Origin: Chloroflexota bacterium
GTDB lineage: Bacteria > Chloroflexota > Limnocylindria > QHBO01
Assembly (NCBI GenBank): GCA_024636135.1
Contig: JAGXHP010000039.1
Span: 1-61,044 of the forward strand
Length of the DNA stretch: 61,044 bases
Direction: 5' to 3'
Below, piece by piece: positions 17,332 through 27,633 of the stretch; the first letter of the stretch is position 1, and the number at the start of each line of letters is the position of its first letter. Position numbers and translations under genes: made by a program. The notes below the pieces were generated by a model. The model did no database searches, was not told the origin of the DNA, and saw only the letters and a list, made by a program, of their open reading frames with translations.

Positions 17332-18699
17332 GTGACGCGACCGACTCTCACCGGAACCCCTGACGCCGTCCCGACCATCGAGCTCGATGAGCTGCTGGAC
17401 GGTGGCGATCTCGAGCTCATCGACCGCTGGCTGGGCCAGGCCGATGTCGTTCAGATCGCCGACGAGCTGTCACGCCTGCCCCGCGAGCGACGAGCCGTCC
17501 CATTCCGGCTTCTCGGCAAGGACCGCGCGCTCGAAGTCTTCGAGCTGCTCGACCCATCCCTTCAGCAGGAGCTGCTGGAGGGCCTGCGGGACACGAACGT
17601 CCGCCAGCTGTTCGAGGGTCTCGACCCCGACGACCGGGCTCGCCTGACCGAGGAGATGCCGGCCAAGGTCGCCCGCAGGCTGCTGGCTGGCCTGTCTCCC
17701 AACGAACGCCGTCTGACGTCGACGCTGCTCGGATATGCGGAGGACTCGGCCGGACGGCTCATGTCCCCGGAGGTCGCCAGCCTGCGCGCCGGGATGACCG
17801 CCGCGCAGGCGCTCGATCGCCTGCGCGGCGTCGGCCGCTCGGCCGAGACGATCTACGCGCTCCCCGTGACGGACGACCAGCGCCGGCTGGTCGGGGCGCT
17901 CGGCCTGCGGGATCTCGTTCTCGCCGATCCAGCCACGCCCGTCAGCGACCTGATGGACACGACCGTGTTCTCGGCCCGAATCGACGCCGACCAGGAGGAG
18001 GTGTCCCGCCTGATCCGCGAAGCGGATCTGCTGGCACTCCCCATCGTCGACACGGAAGACCGCCTGGTGGGGATCGTGACCGTCGACGACGCCATGGAAG
18101 TCCTCGAGGAGGAGGAGACCGAGGACATGGCGCGGACCGGTGGGGCCGAGCCGCTGCGCCGTCCGTACCTCGCCACGTCGGTGCTGCAGCTTGCCCGCAG
18201 CCGGATCGTCTGGCTCCTCGTCTTCGTGATGGCGGGAGCCGTGACCGTGAATGTCCTCGCCGCCTTCGAAGGGGCTCTCCAGGCGGCCGTTACCCTGACC
18301 TTCTTCGTGCCGCTCGTGATCGGGACGGCCGGCAACACCGGCGCGCAGTCCGCAACGACGGTGACGCGCGCGGTGGCCGTCGGAGAGGTGCGGCTGAGCG
18401 ACCTCGGATCGGTGGTGGCGCGCGAGGCCGAGACCGGCCTGCTGCTCGGCGCAATCCTCGGTGCCATCGCCTTCGGTCCGATCGCGCTGCTGGTCGAACC
18501 CAGGATCGCGACGGTGGTATCGCTGACGCTGCTCACCGCCTGCACCTTCTCCGCGCTGGTGGGATCTACCCTGCCGCTGGCGGCCAAGCGCATCGGCATC
18601 GACCCCGCGGTCATGAGCGTTCCCCTCATCACGGCCATCATCGACGCCGCAGGCCTGGTGACCTACTTCCTCATCGCCATCGCGGTGCTCGGACTGTGA
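17332..18699 (+). CDS. mgtE: Magnesium transporter MgtE
   Basis: It has an MgtE N-domain, a CBS pair (ALPVTDDQRRLVGALGLRDLV, LPIVDTEDRLVGIVTVDDAMEVL) and a 5-TM MgtE domain. I prefer the GTG at 17332, which has TATGCT 6 nt upstream. The ATG at 17275 lies inside a hairpin stem. Confidence 0.85.
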   Translation: MTRPTLTGTPDAVPTIELDELLDGGDLELIDRWLGQADVVQIADELSRLPRERRAVPFRLLGKDRALEVFELLDPSLQQELLEGLRDTNVRQLFEGLDPDDRARLTEEMPAKVARRLLAGLSPNERRLTSTLLGYAEDSAGRLMSPEVASLRAGMTAAQALDRLRGVGRSAETIYALPVTDDQRRLVGALGLRDLVLADPATPVSDLMDTTVFSARIDADQEEVSRLIREADLLALPIVDTEDRLVGIVTVDDAMEVLEEEETEDMARTGGAEPLRRPYLATSVLQLARSRIVWLLVFVMAGAVTVNVLAAFEGALQAAVTLTFFVPLVIGTAGNTGAQSATTVTRAVAVGEVRLSDLGSVVAREAETGLLLGAILGAIAFGPIALLVEPRIATVVSLTLLTACTFSALVGSTLPLAAKRIGIDPAVMSVPLITAIIDAAGLVTYFLIAIAVLGL

Positions 18700-18788
18700 G
18701 CGACACCGTCAACCCATGATGAGGTGGCCCGACACCTCCTGAGGCGGCCGGTGACTTACCACACGACCGCTGGCACGCGGCGTGCTGC

Positions 18789-20714
18789 TTGGAGCTCACT
18801 CGCCGGCGTATCTTCATGTCTGCTCTGGAGCTGATCAGCCTCGTCACCCAGGCCCTGTTCATCGGGCTCTTCCTCGTGGTGCTTCGCGACGCCGTGCGTA
18901 ACCGGACGCGCGCTGCGGTCGACACCACGCTGCTCTTCGGCTCGGTCGCGGCGGTCGTGGCGGTCGCGCGCCTCTCGCCGATCCTCTTCGGTCAGCCTCC
19001 AGCCTGGTTTGCGTCGCTGCTCCTCCTGCTGCTCACGCTTGCCCCGTACGCGATGCTGCGCCTCGTCGACGACTTCAGTGGCACGCCGCGGTTCGTCCTC
19101 GCGGTCGGGGGCGCGGTCTATGTCGCGATCGCGGCTCTCGGGTTCGCGCTCCCCGCCCAGTCTCAACTCCATCAACTCGCGATCATCGCCTGGTTCCTCG
19201 CCGTGGGCGGCTACGCGGCCATTGCCTTCGACCGGGCGCGGCGGCGCACCCGGGGCATCACCCGTCGGCGCATGCGAGCGATCGTTGTCGGCGCGGGCCT
19301 GTTCGTCGGCGCCATCGTCGTCCTCCTGGCCGATGCGATGACCGGCGAAAGGACGATCGCGCTCCAGGTCCTGGCCCAGGTGGCCGGACTCGGCGCGGTG
19401 ATGGCCTTCTTCCTGGGATTTGCCCCTCCCTCGTGGGTTCGCCGCGCCTGGCGTGAGCCCGATCTCCGCGCCTTTTTGGAGAGTTCTGTGCACCTCGTCA
19501 GCGTGGGAGACGACCACCTCGCGGTGTCCCAGCTGCAGCACGCCGTCGCAGCCGCCGCGGGGGCGGATGGCGCAAGCATCGGCGTGGCGGATCCCCAGGA
19601 ATCGGTCATCCGCTACGCGTCGCAGACGGGCGAGTGGCTCACCTACCCGGACGACGCCTTCATCGCCGGGGCGGCGTACACCCAGCAGCGGCGGGTGATC
19701 GCCGTGGACGCCGCGGCCGTCGATCCGGAGCACGCCCAGACCTACGCCACGACGAACGCGCGGACGGTGATCGCGGCGCCGGTCACGCGCGACGGTCGAC
19801 GGATCGGCGTGCTCGCGGTCTACGCCGATCGGGCTCCGATTTTCATCGAGGAAGACCTCTGGCTGATCGAGCTGTTTGCGGATCACGTGGCCGTGCTCCT
19901 CGAGGCGCGCGACCTCGCGCGACAGGCCGGACTTCTCGAGGCGCGTGAGGAGGCAGCCCGGCTCAAGGAGGAGTTCCTGTCGGCCGCGGCCCACGATCTG
20001 CGCACACCGTTGACCGTCGTTCTCGGACAGGCCGAGCTCCTCGAGCGTCGCGTTGCCAGCGATCCGTCGAGACCTGTCGACGCGGCCGGCGTCGCGCGCC
20101 TGGCGAACGAGGCGCGGCGCCTCCGCGACCTCGTGAGCGAGATGCTCGACGCCCAGCGGCTCGAGCAGGGCGGAATCATCATGGATCGACGCCTGGCCGA
20201 CCTGCGAGATGTCGTCGAAGCGATCGGGCTCCGCCACGGCGATGACGCGGCTGCGGTCGAGGTCCGCGCTCCGGCGGATCCGGTGCCTGCTTCGGTCGAC
20301 ATGACGCGGATCCAGCAGGTCATCGATAACCTCATCGAGAACGCACTGAAATACGGCCCCGGTGCGGCGCGACCGGAGCTCAGCGTGTGGGCGGCCGACG
20401 GGGAGGCCCGGATGGCGGTCATCGATCACGGCGTCGGGATCCCCGAAGCGGAGCAGGACCGGATCTTCGAGCGCTTCTACCGTGCCTCCAATGCTCAGGG
20501 CATCACCGACACCGGCATGGGACTCGGCCTCTACATCTGCCGGCGGATCGTCGAGGAGCACGGAGGCCGGATCTGGATGGAACCGACGCCGGGCGGAGGC
20601 AGCACGTTCCAGGTCAGTCTGCCGCTGGAACCAGTCCGGGACGACGTCGAGTCGCCGGCCGACCAGCCCAGCTGGACTCCGAGCGGCGGCGCGGAGGCGA
20701 TGGTCGATGCCTGA
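18789..20714 (+). CDS. Membrane sensor histidine kinase (multi-TM N-domain, GAF, HisKA, HATPase_c)
   Basis: 641 aa with about 6 N-terminal TM helices and an internal GAF domain. The H-box is EEFLSAAAHDLRTPLT. ATPase motifs are ENALKY, DHGVGIP and GMGLGL. The start could instead be the second Met at about 18816. Confidence 0.8.
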   Translation: MELTRRRIFMSALELISLVTQALFIGLFLVVLRDAVRNRTRAAVDTTLLFGSVAAVVAVARLSPILFGQPPAWFASLLLLLLTLAPYAMLRLVDDFSGTPRFVLAVGGAVYVAIAALGFALPAQSQLHQLAIIAWFLAVGGYAAIAFDRARRRTRGITRRRMRAIVVGAGLFVGAIVVLLADAMTGERTIALQVLAQVAGLGAVMAFFLGFAPPSWVRRAWREPDLRAFLESSVHLVSVGDDHLAVSQLQHAVAAAAGADGASIGVADPQESVIRYASQTGEWLTYPDDAFIAGAAYTQQRRVIAVDAAAVDPEHAQTYATTNARTVIAAPVTRDGRRIGVLAVYADRAPIFIEEDLWLIELFADHVAVLLEARDLARQAGLLEAREEAARLKEEFLSAAAHDLRTPLTVVLGQAELLERRVASDPSRPVDAAGVARLANEARRLRDLVSEMLDAQRLEQGGIIMDRRLADLRDVVEAIGLRHGDDAAAVEVRAPADPVPASVDMTRIQQVIDNLIENALKYGPGAARPELSVWAADGEARMAVIDHGVGIPEAEQDRIFERFYRASNAQGITDTGMGLGLYICRRIVEEHGGRIWMEPTPGGGSTFQVSLPLEPVRDDVESPADQPSWTPSGGAEAMVDA

Positions 20715-21069
20715 CGTTCGCGTGCTCATCGTCGACGACGAGCCGGACATCCGCGCCACGGTATCGGCGATGCTGGAGATCGAGGGCTACCGGGTCGAGG
20801 AGGCGGCGAACGGGGCGGACGCGCTGCGCGCGATCGAACGGCAAATGCCCGACGTGATTTTGCTCGACATGCGCATGCCCGTGCTTGATGGGTGGGGCTT
20901 CGCGCACGAGCTCCGAGAGCGCGGGCACCGGACGCCAATCGTGGTCATGACCGCCGCGCGCGACGCGGCCCGCTGGGCGGCCGACATCTCGGCATCGGAC
21001 TTCGTCGCCAAGCCATTCGGCTTCGACGATCTCGTGAGCGCCGTCGAGCGCGCACGACCCGCTTCCTGA
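20707..21069 (+). CDS. Single-domain response regulator (REC only)
   Basis: The ATG overlaps the kinase stop codon (ATGCCTGA). Motifs are VLIVDDEPD and DVILLDMRMPVLDG, with a conserved Lys in FVAKPF. It is about 120 aa with no output domain. Confidence 0.8.
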   Translation: MPDVRVLIVDDEPDIRATVSAMLEIEGYRVEEAANGADALRAIERQMPDVILLDMRMPVLDGWGFAHELRERGHRTPIVVMTAARDAARWAADISASDFVAKPFGFDDLVSAVERARPAS

Positions 21070-21079
21070 CGGGATCGGC

Positions 21080-21556
21080 TCAGGTCGCCGAAGACGAGGC
21101 GCGGGCCGCACGCCCACCGTAGCCGAGGAAGCGCTGCGGGCGCAGGACGATCGGCTGCGAGTAGATCTCGGCGAACCGCTGCACGGTCATTCCGGCGCGT
21201 CGCAGGAGATCGCGATACTTCTCCCCGAACGCGGCCGGCATCAGGCTCGTGGCCGGCACATCGGGGAGCTCGGCGTGCGCTTCGATGAGCTCCACCTCGA
21301 AGTCGGGCCCCGGCGTGCCGACGGCGATCATGACCCCGGGCTGCGTGCGAAGGTTGGCGATCTTCCGGGCGTTCGGCTTGCTGAACGCCACCATCTGCCG
21401 GCCGTCCCACGCGAACCAGACCGGGACCAGATGCGGGCGCCCGTTGGGCTGGACGGAGCTCAACCAGACGACCGAGTCTCGGCGCAGCGCAGCCTCGACC
21501 TCGGGCCGGCAAGCGGGCGGAGAGGAATCGGCTTCGTCATCGCGTGGCGCTGTCAT
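21080..21556 (-). CDS. Pyridoxamine 5'-phosphate oxidase-family (split-barrel, possibly F420/FMN-binding) protein
   Basis: The real gene is the C-terminal 158 aa of ORF 21080-22858, starting at MTAPRDDE. The segment VWLSSVQPNGRPHLVPVWFAWDG is typical of the PPOX class. The upstream part of the ORF is antisense to thrB. Confidence 0.65.
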   Translation of the reverse strand: MTAPRDDEADSSPPACRPEVEAALRRDSVVWLSSVQPNGRPHLVPVWFAWDGRQMVAFSKPNARKIANLRTQPGVMIAVGTPGPDFEVELIEAHAELPDVPATSLMPAAFGEKYRDLLRRAGMTVQRFAEIYSQPIVLRPQRFLGYGGRAARASSSAT

Positions 21557-21662
21557 GACCGGAGTCTCGCGCGCGTTCGCGTCCGCCCCAACGGAAGGAC
21601 GTCGCGCCCGCTCCCCGACGTTGGCCCGGCACGAGGATGGCCGGATGACGTAGCGGCCTCCG

Positions 21663-21668
21663 TATACT
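21663..21668 (+). promoter_or_regulatory. -10 box TATACT, (near-)leaderless thrB
   Basis: TATACT lies 9 nt upstream of the ATG at 21678. Confidence 0.4.
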
Positions 21669-21677
21669 CGCCATCGC

Positions 21678-22589
21678 ATGCCGCCCATCGCCAGTGTCGA
21701 CGTCCCCGCCTCGAGTGCCAACCTCGGCAGCGGCTTCGACTGCTTCGCCGCGGCGCTGTCGCTGAAGCTGAGAGCGGAGCTGTGGCACGGCGACGAGCCG
21801 GGAATCGTGCTCGATGCTCGCGGAGAAGGCGCCCCGGCGGACGATGAGCGGGCCGACGACAACCTCCTGATCCGAGCGTTCCGCGACGGCCTGCGCGTGT
21901 CCGCTGCCCCCGGCGGCGCATCGTGGCGGCTCGAGGTCTCGAGCATGATCCCCGCGGCGCGCGGGCTCGGGAGCAGCGCCGCGGCGATCGTGGCCGGCGT
22001 CGTGCTGGGTGCCGCGGTCGGGCGACGCACCGTGGAGGCCGACGAGCTGCTGGAGCTGGCGGCGACGCTCGAGGGCCACCCGGACAATGTCGCGGCGGCC
22101 CTGTACGGCGGCTTCACCGTCGCGGTCGCCGAGCACGACCAGGTGACACTTCGGCGCTTCCGCACACCGGAAGCGTGGATTCCCGTCGTGTTCATCCCGC
22201 AACGTGAGAGCCGCACGCAGGAGATGCGGACCGCCCTGCCGGCGACCGTCACGCACGCAGCCGCGGCTCGACAGGCGGGTCGCAGCGCCCTGCTGGCGAC
22301 CGCGATCATGACCTCGGACGCCGGCCTCCTGCGCCGAGCGATGGAGGACGAGCTGCACCAGGCGTATCGGCTGCCGCATCTCGGTGGCAGCCGCGAGCTG
22401 ATCGACCTCGCGTACGAGCGCGGTGCCGCCGGTGCCTGCCTGTCGGGCGCCGGCCCTGCCGTCCTGGCGATCTGCGATGCCCCCGCCAGCGCCCACGCCG
22501 TGGAGAAGGCATGGAACGCCTCCGGGATCGCGGGCATGGCAACCCGCCTCCGCTTCGACACCGCTGGAGCGAAACTCGTCGCCGACTGA
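21678..22589 (+). CDS. thrB: Homoserine kinase
   Basis: 303 aa. The N-terminal motif is SSANLGSGFDCF and the GHMP ATP motif is PAARGLGSSAAAIVAG. Confidence 0.85.
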   Translation: MPPIASVDVPASSANLGSGFDCFAAALSLKLRAELWHGDEPGIVLDARGEGAPADDERADDNLLIRAFRDGLRVSAAPGGASWRLEVSSMIPAARGLGSSAAAIVAGVVLGAAVGRRTVEADELLELAATLEGHPDNVAAALYGGFTVAVAEHDQVTLRRFRTPEAWIPVVFIPQRESRTQEMRTALPATVTHAAAARQAGRSALLATAIMTSDAGLLRRAMEDELHQAYRLPHLGGSRELIDLAYERGAAGACLSGAGPAVLAICDAPASAHAVEKAWNASGIAGMATRLRFDTAGAKLVAD

Positions 22590-22661
22590 TCGGCTCGTAC
22601 GCCGCGCGAGGGCACGCCCACGGCGCCGGGGGAGGTCCCCGGGTACCATGCTCGACGCCCC

Positions 22662-24665
22662 ATGAGCCTCGTGACCATCGCGAGCGTGTCGAAGAGCCAC
22701 GCCGCCCAGCACCTCTTCAGCGACGTCGGCCTGATGATCAGCGCGGGACGCCGAATCGCGATCGTCGGCCCCAACGGGGCCGGCAAGACGACGCTGCTCG
22801 AGCTCATCACCGGCGAGCAGGAACCGGATGTCGGAACCATCACGCGGGCCCGGGACACCGTGATCGGCTATCTGCGCCAAGAGGTGGCGGAGACGCGCGG
22901 CCGCAGCGTGCTGGCCGAGGTGCTGGCCGGCGCCGGGGAGGTGAGCGGAATCGAGCGCCGCATGCGCCACATCGAGACCGAGCTCGAGGACGCCGCCGAT
23001 GAGGAAGAGCTCGCCGAGCTGATGGACGAGTACGGCCGGCTCCAGCACCGCTTCGAGGCGCTCGGCGGATATGGCCTCGAGTCCGAGGCGCGGCGCATCC
23101 TCGCCGGACTCGGGTTCGCCGATGCTGACATGGAGCGCGACATGGGCGAGTTCAGTGGCGGCTGGATGATGCGCGTGGCCCTGGCGCGCCTTCTCCTCCA
23201 GAATCCCGACGTCCTGCTCCTCGATGAGCCCACGAACCATCTCGACCTCGCCAGCGTCGAGTGGCTGCAGGGCTTCCTGGCCGTGTATGCCGGTGCCATC
23301 GTGCTCGTCAGCCATGATCGCGACTTCATCAACGAGGTGGCGAACCGCGTGGTGGAGCTGCACGACGGTCGGGCCACCGAGTACGTCGGAGACTACGCCG
23401 ATTTCGTCGAGCAGCGCACCGAGCGCATGGCCCAGCTCGAGGCAGCGGCCAAGAACCAGCAGCGCAAGATCGCGCACACCCAGGCCTTCATCGATCGATT
23501 CCGCTACAAGGCCTCGAAGGCGCGACAGGTGCAGTCGCGCGTCAAGGCGCTCGAGAAGCTCGACCGCGTCGCGTCGCCCGGAGCGCGGGCGCGATCGGTG
23601 AAGTTCCGGTTCCCCGAACCACCGCGCAGCGGCCGGACGGTCATCACCCTGTCCGACGTCGAGAAACGCTATGGCGACAACGTCGTGTACGACGGCACGC
23701 TCGACCTTCAGCTCGAGCGCGGCCAGCGCGTGGCGCTCATCGGTCCGAACGGTGCCGGGAAGTCCACGCTGCTCAAGATCCTGGCGGGCGTCCTGCCGTT
23801 CGAGGGCGGCACGCGCGAACTGGGCTCGAACGTGCGGGTCGCGTACTTCGCGCAGCACCAGATCGACGCCCTCAACCCGGAGAACACCGTGTTCAACGAG
23901 CTCAACGACTCGGCGCCGATGATGTCGACCACCGACATGCGCAAGCTCCTGGGCGCGTTCCTGTTCAGCGGCTCGACAGTCGACAAGCAGGTCGGCGTCC
24001 TGTCCGGCGGTGAGCAGACGCGGCTGGCGCTGGCCAAGCTCCTCGCCGATCCGGCCAACCTGCTGTGCCTCGACGAGCCGACGAACCACCTCGATATCCA
24101 GAGCCGCGACGTGCTCGAGGATGCGCTGAACGCATTCAGCGGCACGATCGTGCTCATCACCCACGACCGCTACCTCATCCGCAGCGTCGCCAACACGATC
24201 ATCGAGGTCAACGACGGGGCGGCGACCGTCTATCCCGGCGACTTCGAGTACTACGCGGCCAAGCGCGGCGTCGACATCGAGACGCGCGGCGCGGTCGAGG
24301 GCGCGCGGTCGACCCCGCGCGGGGTGGTGACCCAGGCGCCGAAGCCGCGTGAGTCCTCCTCGGTCGCGGCCGACCGCAAGCGTCGCGAGGCAGAGGCCCG
24401 CAACGCCAGGCACCGGCGGACGCGTGACCTTCGCTCCACCATGACGAAGATCGAGGCCGAGTCGATCGAGGTGGAGCGCGAGCTTGCCGAGATCACGGAG
24501 CGACTGTCGGATCCCGACCTCTACGCCGATGCGGTCCTCGTGAAGCAGCTCGTCGAACGCCACAACACGCTGCGGGACCGGTCCGAGCGCATCGGCCCCG
24601 AGCTGGAGGACGTTCGTCGGGAGCTCTCCGCGGCCGAGGAGCCGCAGATGGTTCGCAGCGAGTGA
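22662..24665 (+). CDS. ABC-F family ATPase (Uup/YheS-like, no TM domain)
   Basis: 667 aa. There are two Walker A motifs ([28 protein letters not shown]) and two signature motifs ([24 protein letters not shown]). The C-terminal tail is a charged coiled coil. Confidence 0.85.
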   Translation: MSLVTIASVSKSHAAQHLFSDVGLMISAGRRIAIVGPNGAGKTTLLELITGEQEPDVGTITRARDTVIGYLRQEVAETRGRSVLAEVLAGAGEVSGIERRMRHIETELEDAADEEELAELMDEYGRLQHRFEALGGYGLESEARRILAGLGFADADMERDMGEFSGGWMMRVALARLLLQNPDVLLLDEPTNHLDLASVEWLQGFLAVYAGAIVLVSHDRDFINEVANRVVELHDGRATEYVGDYADFVEQRTERMAQLEAAAKNQQRKIAHTQAFIDRFRYKASKARQVQSRVKALEKLDRVASPGARARSVKFRFPEPPRSGRTVITLSDVEKRYGDNVVYDGTLDLQLERGQRVALIGPNGAGKSTLLKILAGVLPFEGGTRELGSNVRVAYFAQHQIDALNPENTVFNELNDSAPMMSTTDMRKLLGAFLFSGSTVDKQVGVLSGGEQTRLALAKLLADPANLLCLDEPTNHLDIQSRDVLEDALNAFSGTIVLITHDRYLIRSVANTIIEVNDGAATVYPGDFEYYAAKRGVDIETRGAVEGARSTPRGVVTQAPKPRESSSVAADRKRREAEARNARHRRTRDLRSTMTKIEAESIEVERELAEITERLSDPDLYADAVLVKQLVERHNTLRDRSERIGPELEDVRRELSAAEEPQMVRSE

Positions 24666-25618
24666 CCGACCGATCCGACAGCGGGTCGTCCGGAGCGCTC
24701 GGGGCCGGCCTCGTCGTCCTCGCCGCCGTCTCGTTCGGGACACTGGGTCCGGTCACCCGCTTCGCCGACGACGCCGGAGTGGGCTCGTTGGCCATCGTCG
24801 CCTGGCGGGCTGCCATCGGAGCCACGGCCATGATCGCGCTGCTCGTGACCCTGCGCGGCATCGCCGGACGCCGTCCCGTCGGGCTGAGGTCGATCGGGAG
24901 TCGCGATCGACGGTTCATGGGCGCCGCATCGATGGCCAACCTCGTGCTCAACCTGGCGATGTTCATCGCCTTCGTGCGCATCGAGATCGGCCTGGCGCTG
25001 CTCGTCTTCTACAGCTACCCCGCGTTCGTGGCCGTGGCCTCGGTCCTCCGGTTTGGGGAGCGCCTCGATTCCGTGCGATGGGCGGCGCTGGGACTGTCGA
25101 TGGTCGGCCTGGTGCTCACCCTGACCGGGTCTGGCGGCGTCGGCGCCATCGACGGGCTCGGCATCGGCCTGGCATTCCTCGCGGCGCTGGCCCAGGCGTT
25201 CTACGTCCTCGCCGCGCGGCACGGATTCGCCCGCATCCCGCCGCTCGAGTCCGCCGCACTGACCATGGGAGGCGCGGCGCTCGGCTACCTGCTGATCGCC
25301 GTCGTGACGGGGCAGCTTGCCGGCCTCGCCAGCCCGCTGGCCTCGAGCGATGCCCTCTGGCCCGTCCTCGTCGCCGGGTTCGTCGGTGCGGCCATCCCCA
25401 CGCTGTGCTTCATCACCGGCATTCGGCTGCTCGGCGCCCCGCGCGCGGCGATTCTGGCGACCCTCGAGCCGGTCGTCGGCGTTGCGCTCGCGGCGTGGCT
25501 GCTCAACGAGCAACCACGCACGCTCCAGCTCGTCGGCGGGGCGCTGATCCTCGTTGCCGCCGTGCTCCTCCAGCTCGGCGGACGCTCGGTGTCTGAACAC
25601 GAGGCCGTCGCCGCCTGA
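24662..25618 (+). CDS. EamA/DMT-family transporter
   Basis: 318 aa with about 10 TM helices in two repeats. The GTG start overlaps the ABC-F stop codon (GTGA). Confidence 0.75.
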   Translation: MTDRSDSGSSGALGAGLVVLAAVSFGTLGPVTRFADDAGVGSLAIVAWRAAIGATAMIALLVTLRGIAGRRPVGLRSIGSRDRRFMGAASMANLVLNLAMFIAFVRIEIGLALLVFYSYPAFVAVASVLRFGERLDSVRWAALGLSMVGLVLTLTGSGGVGAIDGLGIGLAFLAALAQAFYVLAARHGFARIPPLESAALTMGGAALGYLLIAVVTGQLAGLASPLASSDALWPVLVAGFVGAAIPTLCFITGIRLLGAPRAAILATLEPVVGVALAAWLLNEQPRTLQLVGGALILVAAVLLQLGGRSVSEHEAVAA

Positions 25619-25694
25619 ACGTGCATCGCTGCCCGTCACGGACCGCGAGAACGCATCTCGCTCCCGATCTCGCCGAGCTGCCTCCACCGGCCGG

Positions 25695-25714
25695 CACCTG
25701 CCAACCGGCAGGTG
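25695..25714. terminator. Short hairpin between convergent EamA and aspartokinase-like genes
   Basis: An 8-bp stem (CACCTGCC / GGCAGGTG) with loop AACC, followed by TTG. Confidence 0.35.
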
Positions 25715-25729
25715 TTGCGGCGGTCCAGT

Positions 25730-26758
25730 TCAGAGCTCCATAGGTCCCCGGTACATGAACGACGCGTGCACCGACTGCGCGGCCGACATCGCCGATGCCA
25801 GCGGGACCTCGGCCCAGACCACGCGCATCCCGCCCTCGTCGAACGCGCCCTCCCCGTGAGCCGGCAGCGGCAGGATCTCGGGCAGCATGAAGGCTGGTCC
25901 GACGAGACTGATGCGCGCCACGCGCTCCTTGCGGTCGACGGCCAGCATGAGGACGCCGTCGTCGTCGCGTGAGGGGCGCACGACCGTCTGCGGGGCATCG
26001 TCCTCCAGGGCTCGGACGATCAGGCGAAGGCGGCCACGCCGCGCCCGGCGCACGGCAACGGGGTGCACGACCTCGGATCCCAGCTCGGCCAGGAGCTCCA
26101 GCTGACGCGCGTCGACGAAGGGCAGGAACCGTGCGCCCGGCACGAGGTGCGGGTCAGCCTCGAGGACCCCGCCCACGTCCTTGAACAGCTCGCAACGGTC
26201 CGCTCGCAGGGCGACCGCCAGCGCAACCGCCGACAGGTCGGTGCCGCCGCGGCCGAGCGTAGTGAGCTCCCCGTGCGTGCCGATGCCCTGGAACCCGGCC
26301 ACCACCGGCACGAGGCCGTCGGCCAAGGCGCTGCGCAGCGGTCGAGACAGGACACGCCGAACCTCGGCGCCCAGGTGCGCGGCCGCAGTGCGGATCCCCG
26401 CTTCGGCACCGGAGAACGAACGGGCCGCGATGCCCCGTCCCTGCAGCCCCAGCGCGAAGAGCGAGGCCGAAAGCGCCTCGCCGGTGGCCAGGGCACGATC
26501 GGTCTCCCGCGCGAATGCGGAGTCGGCCGCCTGGCCAGACTCGCGCAGGGACTCGCCACGGTCGGGCATCAGGACGCGCGCGGCCCCGAGGATCGTGTCG
26601 GTCACGCCTTCAAAGGCGCTGACCACCACCACCGGGCGCAGGCCCGCGGCACGTTGGCGGGCCACCACGTCGACCGCCGCGGCGATGTCCTCCGGGCGGC
26701 GCAGCACCGAGCCGCCGAACTTGTCGACGACGATGTCCGATCCGGGCACGGGGCTCAC
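25730..26758 (-). CDS. Aspartokinase-like amino-acid kinase with C-terminal ACT-like region
   Basis: 342 aa. The N-terminus VVDKFGGSVLRRPEDI...VVVVSAFEGVTDTILG is aspartokinase-like. It is shorter than canonical Ask, which is about 420 aa. Confidence 0.65.
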   Translation of the reverse strand: MSPVPGSDIVVDKFGGSVLRRPEDIAAAVDVVARQRAAGLRPVVVVSAFEGVTDTILGAARVLMPDRGESLRESGQAADSAFARETDRALATGEALSASLFALGLQGRGIAARSFSGAEAGIRTAAAHLGAEVRRVLSRPLRSALADGLVPVVAGFQGIGTHGELTTLGRGGTDLSAVALAVALRADRCELFKDVGGVLEADPHLVPGARFLPFVDARQLELLAELGSEVVHPVAVRRARRGRLRLIVRALEDDAPQTVVRPSRDDDGVLMLAVDRKERVARISLVGPAFMLPEILPLPAHGEGAFDEGGMRVVWAEVPLASAMSAAQSVHASFMYRGPMEL

Positions 26759-26764
26759 CGTCTT

Positions 26765-27541
26765 TCAGCCGGTGGCCCGGCGCTCTTCCGACGCGTCGCC
26801 GCGCGGAAGGGCCGGCGCCGTGCGCACGATCTCGGGCAGCTCAGCGAGCGAGGCGACGACCCGCACGTCGGCCGGCGCGGGCTCGTCATCGGGCGTGATC
26901 CGAATGCCATCGGCGCGATCGAGCCACACCGCGTCCATGCCGGCACTCCATGCACCACGAACGTCGGCGCGGTACGAGTCGCCCACCATCAGGGCCTCCC
27001 CGGCCCGCACCCCCGCGCGTTCGAGTGCCAGCTGGAAGAAGGCCGGGTTCGGCTTGGCCAGGCCCACGGCGCCGGAAGGCAGCACGAAATCGACGTACCG
27101 ATCGAGGCCGAGGTGCTGGACGATCCTCCGCAGGTTGGATCCCCAGTCACTCACGATCCCGACCTGCGCGCCGAGCTCGCGGACCTCGCGCAGCATCGGC
27201 TCGACATCGGCATACAGCTCCCAAGCGTCGGTGGCGAACTGGCTGGCGAGGATGCGATCGAGCACCTCCCGTCGCGCGTCCACGCCGAGCCGCTCGAGCA
27301 TTACGCCGTGGTAGCGACGCCAGTACTCGTCGATTCTGCCGTCATCGGTCCAGGTGTCGTTGCCCGGACGGTGGTACTCGTCCCAGAACCAGCGATCCGA
27401 CTGGTCCCATGCGGCACGCATCTCCTCCTCGGTGATCGCGTGACCATCGGCGGCCAGGACCCCGGACAGCGCGTCGCTGAGCGTCCTTCGGGGCGAGAGC
27501 ATGGTGAACCCGGCGTCCAGGCACAGCAGTCGGTAGGCCAT
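26765..27541 (-). CDS. HAD-superfamily hydrolase
   Basis: I start the gene at MAYRLLCLDAGFTML; the upstream 20 codons of the ORF are discarded. The motif IV-like segment is MVGDSYRADVRGAWSAGMDAVW. TAGGGT lies 7 nt upstream of the ATG. Confidence 0.65.
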   Translation of the reverse strand: MAYRLLCLDAGFTMLSPRRTLSDALSGVLAADGHAITEEEMRAAWDQSDRWFWDEYHRPGNDTWTDDGRIDEYWRRYHGVMLERLGVDARREVLDRILASQFATDAWELYADVEPMLREVRELGAQVGIVSDWGSNLRRIVQHLGLDRYVDFVLPSGAVGLAKPNPAFFQLALERAGVRAGEALMVGDSYRADVRGAWSAGMDAVWLDRADGIRITPDDEPAPADVRVVASLAELPEIVRTAPALPRGDASEERRATG

Positions 27542-27548
27542 GCTCGCA

Positions 27549-27554
27549 ACCCTA
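27549..27554 (-). promoter_or_regulatory. -10 box TAGGGT, leaderless HAD hydrolase gene
   Basis: On the minus strand, TAGGGT lies 7 nt upstream of the ATG at 27541. Confidence 0.3.
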
Positions 27555-27633
27555 GCGCACGATGTGCAGCCGCCGCGCCGGGCACGCTCCGCTGCTACCA
27601 TCGCGGCCCGTGACTGCTCCGCCGTCGGCCAGG